A stretch of 64,000 bases of DNA from Armatimonadota bacterium. Lineage in GTDB: Bacteria; Armatimonadota; SYMT01. The position numbers and the translations under genes were made by a program. Of the stretch, positions 58,586 through 64,000 are shown in pieces; the first letter of the stretch is position 1; every line of letters starts with the position of its first letter. Under the pieces are notes generated by a model, which searched no databases, was not told where the DNA came from, and was given only the letters and a program-made list of their open reading frames with translations. The stretch spans positions 116,921 through 180,920 of the forward strand of contig JAWLHY010000013.1 in NCBI GenBank assembly GCA_041690135.1. The letters run 5' to 3'.

Positions 58586-59947
58586 ATGACCATGCTGCGT
58601 GAACTCGCGGAGTGGTTTGGGTCGCACAACCCGTTGCTGCAGGCGCTGGCCTTACTGCCGCTGATGTTGTGCTACTGGGGAGCCGCAGCGGCGGTAGCGG
58701 CGCTTCCCGGCGCGAAAGCCGGCGTCCCCAACGCCACCGTCAAAGCGCCCCCGCCGGTCCGGTTTCTGCGACGCTGGCTGCTGCCCCCCTATGGGGCGGC
58801 CGCGGCGCGACAGTTCGTGATGCTGTCGACATCGCTGCTGTTTCTCTTCTACATGACCCGGAGCCCCGCCCAGATAGCCGGTCTCCTGGCGATTGGCACC
58901 TTCTCCTTCGGAGTCGCCTGCCTCATCGACCGGACGAAAGGGCCGGGAAAACGGGGCTGGCTGCTGGTGGGCCTGGCGATCACTCTCGGGTGGCTGATCG
59001 GGTTCAAGTACCTGGAGTTGATCTCGCAGGGCCTCAATGCGGCCCTGGCTGGCATGGGACGCGGGGAGATCAGCCTTCCCAAGCTCTTCGTGCCGTTGGG
59101 CATCTCCTATTACGTGTTCCGGATGATCTCTTACCAGGTGGAGGTGTACTGGGAAGAAGCTCCACGGGTTAGCCTGCTGGAGTACCTCCATTACCTGGCG
59201 TTCTTCCCCACCCTGGTAGCGGGACCGATCGAGCGGATCGGCCCGTTCCACGAACAGGACCAGAAGGCGAAGTTCTCGGCGGAGGATACGGAGGCCGGGC
59301 TCCGGCGGATGGTCCTGGGGATCGGCAAGAAGGTGCTGCTGGCCGATCTGGTGGGCGGTCTCGTGCTGGGCTGGCCCATTGGACATCCGGACACTCCCAT
59401 ATGGATGGGACCCGTGGTGTTCTACATGTTCTGGTGGCGGCTCTACTGGGACTTCTCGGGCTATTCCGATATCGCGATCGGCGCGGCCCGGCTGTTCGGC
59501 TACCGGATCGTGGAGAACTTCGACCGGCCGTTCCTCGCCGTGAACATCCAGGACTTCTGGCAGCGGTGGCACATCTCACTCTCGTTCTGGATCCGGGACT
59601 ACCTGTATTACCCGCTCGTGACGATGCGGCAGGGACGGAAGTGGGGCGCGAACTGGACCTACCTCGCCTTGGTGGTGAGCATGGGGCTCTGCGGCCTCTG
59701 GCACGGAGCGAGCGTGCAGTTCCTCTATTGGGGCCTGTATCACGGGCTGGGCCTGGCCGGGCTTGCCGCCTACCAGGAGTTCAAACGCCGACGCCTGGCG
59801 AGCTGGACCTGGCTGGAAGCCCCCGCCGTCCGCTGGTTGAATGTGTTTCTCACCTTCAACTTTGTCACGGTCGGTCACTGGCTCTTCCTGCAAACAGGAT
59901 GGCTGGTTCCCCATGCGTGGATGAGGGGCCTGTTGGGCTGGGGCTAG
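58586..59947 (+). CDS. MBOAT family O-acyltransferase (DltB/AlgI-like)
   Basis: PLGISYY, FFPTLVAGPI, DFSGYSDIAIG, ENFDRPF, FWQRWHISLS, GLWHG. Confidence 0.93.
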   Translation: MTMLRELAEWFGSHNPLLQALALLPLMLCYWGAAAAVAALPGAKAGVPNATVKAPPPVRFLRRWLLPPYGAAAARQFVMLSTSLLFLFYMTRSPAQIAGLLAIGTFSFGVACLIDRTKGPGKRGWLLVGLAITLGWLIGFKYLELISQGLNAALAGMGRGEISLPKLFVPLGISYYVFRMISYQVEVYWEEAPRVSLLEYLHYLAFFPTLVAGPIERIGPFHEQDQKAKFSAEDTEAGLRRMVLGIGKKVLLADLVGGLVLGWPIGHPDTPIWMGPVVFYMFWWRLYWDFSGYSDIAIGAARLFGYRIVENFDRPFLAVNIQDFWQRWHISLSFWIRDYLYYPLVTMRQGRKWGANWTYLALVVSMGLCGLWHGASVQFLYWGLYHGLGLAGLAAYQEFKRRRLASWTWLEAPAVRWLNVFLTFNFVTVGHWLFLQTGWLVPHAWMRGLLGWG

Positions 59948-59959
59948 GCAGAGGAGTGG

Positions 59960-60937
59960 ATGTGGATGAATGAGGGTCAACTTCAACGGACCAGAAATAC
60001 TGCGTCCGGTCTCATCACGCTGGTGCTGGCGGCGCTTCTCGCTGTGCCGTTGACCCGTGGCGTGCTCGGTTCGGATGCGGTCCGGTCCTCTCTTGGGGTG
60101 GAAGTCCTCCGGCACGCGCGCCCGGGTGGGGACCGCAGCTATGACCACATGTTGCACAAGACGGTGGAACTGGAGCGGAAGCCCCCAGCCGCAGGGGAAC
60201 GCTTTATCTGCCTGACCGGCAGCTCGGTGATCATGCTGAACGTCGGCCTCCCCCAGATGCGGGAGGCGCTGGCGCACCACCTGCCGGGGCAGCCGGTCCG
60301 TCTGGAGAAGCTCACGGGTGGCCATGCCACCGTGCGCGACATCCGCCGGTGGCTGGAGCACCTGCCAGGCCGCAAGCCGGAGATGCTGGTGTTCGGCGTG
60401 TACTACAACACGCTGCAACCCTCGCACCGTCGTCCGGACATGCGCCTCTGGTTTCCGCCGGACAACGCCACCTATCTCCGCGCGATCTACGTCTCCGCAA
60501 CGGTGAACGTCCACACCGAATGGGACCCCGACGGCCCCGAGCCCCGTTTCACAGATGAGTGGTCGCCCAAACGCTGGCCCGCCGACTCGGACCGGCTCCT
60601 GCGTCCGTACGACCCATTTCCGAACGCGGAGACGGAAGCCCTCGCCGACTTTGCGCGCTACTGCCGGGAGGAGGGGGTCCGGTTGGTGCTGGTCCGCACG
60701 CCCATCAACCCGGCGTTCTACCCCGTCTACCGGAAGGCACGCCACTACGAAGCGTACGGCGAGGCCCTGGAAGCCACCCGCGAACACGGCGCTGAAGTCT
60801 GGAACCTGGAAACAGCCCTGGGTGAAGACCCGAAGCAGTTCCACGACCTGGTCCACGTGAACGCCACGGGTCACGAGCGGTTCAGCGCGTTACTGGCGGA
60901 GCGAATTGCGCAATACCTGCAGGGGCTGAAAAACTGA
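59960..60937 (+). CDS. Membrane-anchored SGNH-like transferase (DltD/AlgJ-like)
   Basis: N-terminal TM; LTGSS; FHDLVHVNATG (DxxH). Confidence 0.75.
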   Translation: MWMNEGQLQRTRNTASGLITLVLAALLAVPLTRGVLGSDAVRSSLGVEVLRHARPGGDRSYDHMLHKTVELERKPPAAGERFICLTGSSVIMLNVGLPQMREALAHHLPGQPVRLEKLTGGHATVRDIRRWLEHLPGRKPEMLVFGVYYNTLQPSHRRPDMRLWFPPDNATYLRAIYVSATVNVHTEWDPDGPEPRFTDEWSPKRWPADSDRLLRPYDPFPNAETEALADFARYCREEGVRLVLVRTPINPAFYPVYRKARHYEAYGEALEATREHGAEVWNLETALGEDPKQFHDLVHVNATGHERFSALLAERIAQYLQGLKN

Positions 60938-60973
60938 TGGCGCCGGTTCGGTCGTCTTCTGGAAATGACCGTC

Positions 60974-61600
60974 CCGGCTTGTAGTAGCATGGCTTTAGCC
61001 CGCGTCCTCTCGCGAGCCGGGAACCGAGCCCCGCCCCGGATTCCGAACTCGCCTGCCGGTACAAGAAGGCAGTCCAACTCGTAGTAGCATGGCTTTAGCC
61101 CGCGTCCACTTGGGAGCTGGGTCCCAGAATCCCGTCCCGCATCCCGAACCCATCGGGGGCTTTGGAGGGAGTCCGGACGCCAGTTCGGGGTTCGGATTCG
61201 GTAATCGCAAAGGGTGCCGGACTACGTCCGGACTCCCACCCCGCGCTGGGAGTGGGGCTTGTTCTCTACTACTCGGCTACGAACGAGCGCCTACCACCGG
61301 ACTTCGAAGTTGGCGGCGTGCGAGAAGGCAGTCCGGACGCTACTCTGGGGTTCGGGCACGGCGGTGGCAAGTGGAACCGGGCAACGTGTTGGGGGAAGTA
61401 TCCGAACAGTTCTTGACCGCTTGGCCCGAGCCTGTTTCTCCACTCAGGTCGGCGAGCCTTGCCGGAGTGACGGCGCTTGCGCGGCCCTCATGTGGTGTAC
61501 CGTATCTGCTCCGTTACTTCCACACCCCCCTTAACGTCCAGACTCCCACCAATGCTGGGAGTGAGGTTCGTTCCCTGCTATTCCGCTACGAACGAGCCCC
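60974..61600. repeat. Composite array: GTAG-REP (GTAGTAGCATGGCTTTAGCCCGCG) x2 plus inverted copies of the ~161-bp unit
   Basis: REP at 60981 and 61081; GGGAGTCCGGACG...CGTCCGGACTCCC at 61167-61237; degenerate copies near 61327 and 61540. Confidence 0.75.
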
Positions 61601-61642
61601 ATCCGTTACCGGGCGTGCCAGGCCCATCCGTGGAACAGAACG

Positions 61643-62761
61643 CTATCTGGCACGACGCCGGGCCTCTTCCCCATCGCATTCCACGGCATGGGATCGGGCT
61701 GCATCCGCCCCCTCCGAGTCCCCGAGCGCCTGCCGGATTTCCGCCATCTCTCGCCATCCTTCGGCTTCCGGGTGACCCGATGTACAGCCCGGTCGCAAAG
61801 GATTGTTCAGCCACCCATCGAGGAACTCATGCGCCTCGTCTACCCGATTTGTCTTCCGGAGAGCGCGGGCAAGTTCGGGCGCCACGCACCAAATTTCCCT
61901 CTGACCTAATTGCTCGTCGTAGAAGGCGAAGGCATCATCCACTCGCCCTAACCCCAGCAACGCTTCGAGCTTAAGCGCGAGAAAGTCCCCTCCGAATCGC
62001 TCCGGTAGCTTGAGCGCCGTCTCTGCGTAATGCAGCGTCTCCGTATGGAAACCGTTGTCCATCAGAATCCGGATCATTTGGGCCTCGCGGTTGCCCGGTC
62101 CCCATCCAAACCTCACCCAGAGCTTGAGCGCCTGCTTGCATTGGGAAGCGGCATCCTCGTTCGCACCCAATTCGGCCATCCAGTGGGCCAGGGTCCAGCG
62201 CTTCCAGAAGGACTCGGGTCCGATACGAAATGCTTCCACATCCATGTCGAAAAGGAGGTCGTCGGCTTCAGGAAGCCGGTGCGATGCCTCTCGGTATGCG
62301 GTGATTGCTTCTTCGTTTCGGCCACACTCTCGCAGGCAGTTACCCAGTTCCATCCAGGTATCAGGAGTTGAGGGATCAAGGAGTACCCTTCGCCGCATTA
62401 GGATGAGCAACTCTTCGGATGACTCAATCGCCTGCAGCGTTCGAGCGGGTAAAGTCTTGGTGAGGTGGGTGTATAGCTCTGGGACCTGTGGTAAACGCAG
62501 GAGAATCTCTCGCAAAGCAGCTCGGTCTGCTGTTCTGCAAGCCAGTTTCCAACGCCACCCGATTTCTCCCGGATTCAATTCCACTGCTCGTTTCCATGCC
62601 TCACATGCATCCGCCGGATTTCTGTAATGAGCGGCGATAACCGCGTGTCCCAGCGAGGAGTCAGGATGGTCGGAAAGATACCGCTCGAGCGCAGCAGCCC
62701 GCGCTTCGTACTCGTACCTGCCAAGCGGAATTGTTTGGAAGAGCACTTCCTCTTCGGTCAT
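61643..62761 (-). CDS. Tetratricopeptide repeat protein
   Basis: WKRAVELNP, TWMELGNCLRECGRNEEAITAYREA, LLGLGRVDDA; GGAG RBS. Confidence 0.8.
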   Translation of the reverse strand: MTEEEVLFQTIPLGRYEYEARAAALERYLSDHPDSSLGHAVIAAHYRNPADACEAWKRAVELNPGEIGWRWKLACRTADRAALREILLRLPQVPELYTHLTKTLPARTLQAIESSEELLILMRRRVLLDPSTPDTWMELGNCLRECGRNEEAITAYREASHRLPEADDLLFDMDVEAFRIGPESFWKRWTLAHWMAELGANEDAASQCKQALKLWVRFGWGPGNREAQMIRILMDNGFHTETLHYAETALKLPERFGGDFLALKLEALLGLGRVDDAFAFYDEQLGQREIWCVAPELARALRKTNRVDEAHEFLDGWLNNPLRPGCTSGHPEAEGWREMAEIRQALGDSEGADAARSHAVECDGEEARRRAR

Positions 62762-62854
62762 CTCGCGTCTCCACCGGGGTGCGCTCGCAGTGCGCCCTTC
62801 CGAGGACGTGTGTACGGAAACTCTCGAGTTCCGCCAAGTTCCGTGGACGCCAGT

Positions 62855-63185
62855 CCGGCTGGTAGTAGTGCGGCTTTAGCCCGCGTCTTCTCGCGAACCA
62901 GGCGCCAAAATCCCGTCCCGGGTTCCGAACCCAACTCGGGAAGAAGTGGGAGTCCGAACGCCAGTCCGGGGTTCGAGTACGGCGGTCGCAAGGGGAACCC
63001 GACTAGCGTCGGAACTCCCATCCCGCATTGGTATCGACTGCCAACTCTGAGGTATCCACCACGCAACGTGGTGTTTGCCTGTAGTTCCAAACCCGTCTGA
63101 GCGCGAGTTGGGAGTCCGGACGATAGTCCGGGGTTCGAAGATCGGTGGTCGCGAGAGTACCGGGCTGGCACTCGGATTCCCACCT
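62855..63185. repeat. Composite array: GTAG-REP plus two inverted ~161-bp units
   Basis: GTAGTAGTGCGGCTTTAGCCCGCG at 62862; GGGAGTCCG at 62948 and 63110. Confidence 0.75.
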
Positions 63186-63472
63186 CGCGCTGAAGGTTGG
63201 CGGTGAGTTCCCGGCCTAGGAACACGTGCCGGGATTGAGGCGTGACGGCTCCCATTTTGCGGCAACGTGAGCGGACCGCTGCATCGCGAAGGCCAGCCTT
63301 GCGGCGTGGACTCCGTCATGGGTCAGGATTCTACCCCGCTGACCCATGACCTGTTCAAATCCCTGGTGCCAGCCAACCACACTCCCCCACATCCTCATCA
63401 TCCCATCCGGTCCTGATCCTCCCGTCCCTTCCTTATCGTTATCTTTATCCCTATCGATGCGGTCCTTATCCA

Positions 63473-64000
63473 TCACCCGGTGCTCTGCATGGCGGCGGCG
63501 ATGCCGATGATGCTGAGGAGCAGGGCATCCCGCCAGGGGTCTTCGCGGCCAACGTCGGGGCCGCCCTCGGGGTAGAGGCGATCCCAGGTGTCGAGGAGGT
63601 AGACCTGGAGCTTGTTGAGCGGCAGGGTGGCGGGGTTACGCAGGGCGATGGTCCGCTTGACGACGCTGGTGGGCCCCAGAAGGTCCGCTTCGCCCGTGAG
63701 CCGGAGGATCCAGGAGCGAGTCAACTCCAGTTCCGCGCAGATGATGTCGTGGATCCGTTGACCGTCCGCGCCTTGCGTGGCGGCGCGGGCGGCGTACCAG
63801 GCGGTAGTCGGAACATCGGCGCGGGCGAGTTCCAGGGCGGCGTTGCGAATCACGGTGCGGAAGAACCGCCAGCGCTGGTACATCTCCCGGAGAAGCTTCT
63901 CCCCCTCCGGGTCGGCGCCGAACCGGTCCAGGGCCGTCCCCAGTCCATACCAGCCGGGGAGCATGTAGCGGGACTGCACCCAGGCGAACACCCACGGAAT
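63473..64000 (-). CDS. ppc: Phosphoenolpyruvate carboxylase, C-terminal part (5' end outside the window)
   Basis: IPWVFAWVQSRYMLPGWYG, IALRNP..PLNKLQ, SIIGIAAAMQSTG*. Confidence 0.93.
   Translation of the reverse strand: MPWVFAWVQSRYMLPGWYGLGTALDRFGADPEGEKLLREMYQRWRFFRTVIRNAALELARADVPTTAWYAARAATQGADGQRIHDIICAELELTRSWILRLTGEADLLGPTSVVKRTIALRNPATLPLNKLQVYLLDTWDRLYPEGGPDVGREDPWRDALLLSIIGIAAAMQSTG

Noticed and set aside
63216-63476. 86-aa ORF overlapping the ppc stop (MMDKDRIDRDKDNDKE)
   Set aside because: N-terminus derives from low-complexity TTATC-type repeats and the rest has no coding signature; cannot be supported.

Overview
GC-rich bacterial chromosome segment. A PEP-CTERM-like tail, an S55 peptidase, an AsmA-like protein, Uma2 nucleases and a T-box suggest a diderm such as Armatimonadota (inference only). 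Left to right: a ~161-bp hairpin repeat array; an S55-protease/beta-propeller fusion operon; a giant AsmA-like gene; M23 and SARP/PEP-CTERM genes; a Leu(CUC) T-box-controlled ilvB-ilvN-ilvC-leuA-leuB-cimA cluster interrupted by Uma2/HEPN/aspartyl-protease cargo; an ankyrin gene; a ~21-kb metal-homeostasis region (two P1B ATPases, ZIP, RND+TetR, ArsR, His-rich and Cys-Cys-rich metallothionein-like proteins, outer-membrane protein + ZnuABC-like ABC); a VIT-vWA gene; an ACP-FkbH-MBOAT-SGNH (Dlt-like) operon; a repeat-flanked TPR gene; and the 3' end of ppc. Most notable: three short signal-peptide, Cys/His-rich uORFs ending in RAPP/RGPP ribosome-arrest motifs (CruR/CutF/DUF2946-like). Each sits in front of a different metal-handling gene: a secreted 14x(Cys-Cys) protein, a non-canonical P1B ATPase, and a Zn-uptake porin/ABC operon. 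This points to a network of metal-sensing translational switches. Other candidates are structured leuA/cimA leader RNAs sharing a motif, SARP boxes, and a glyceryl-transfer envelope-modification operon. All calls come from motif reading; no database searches were run.
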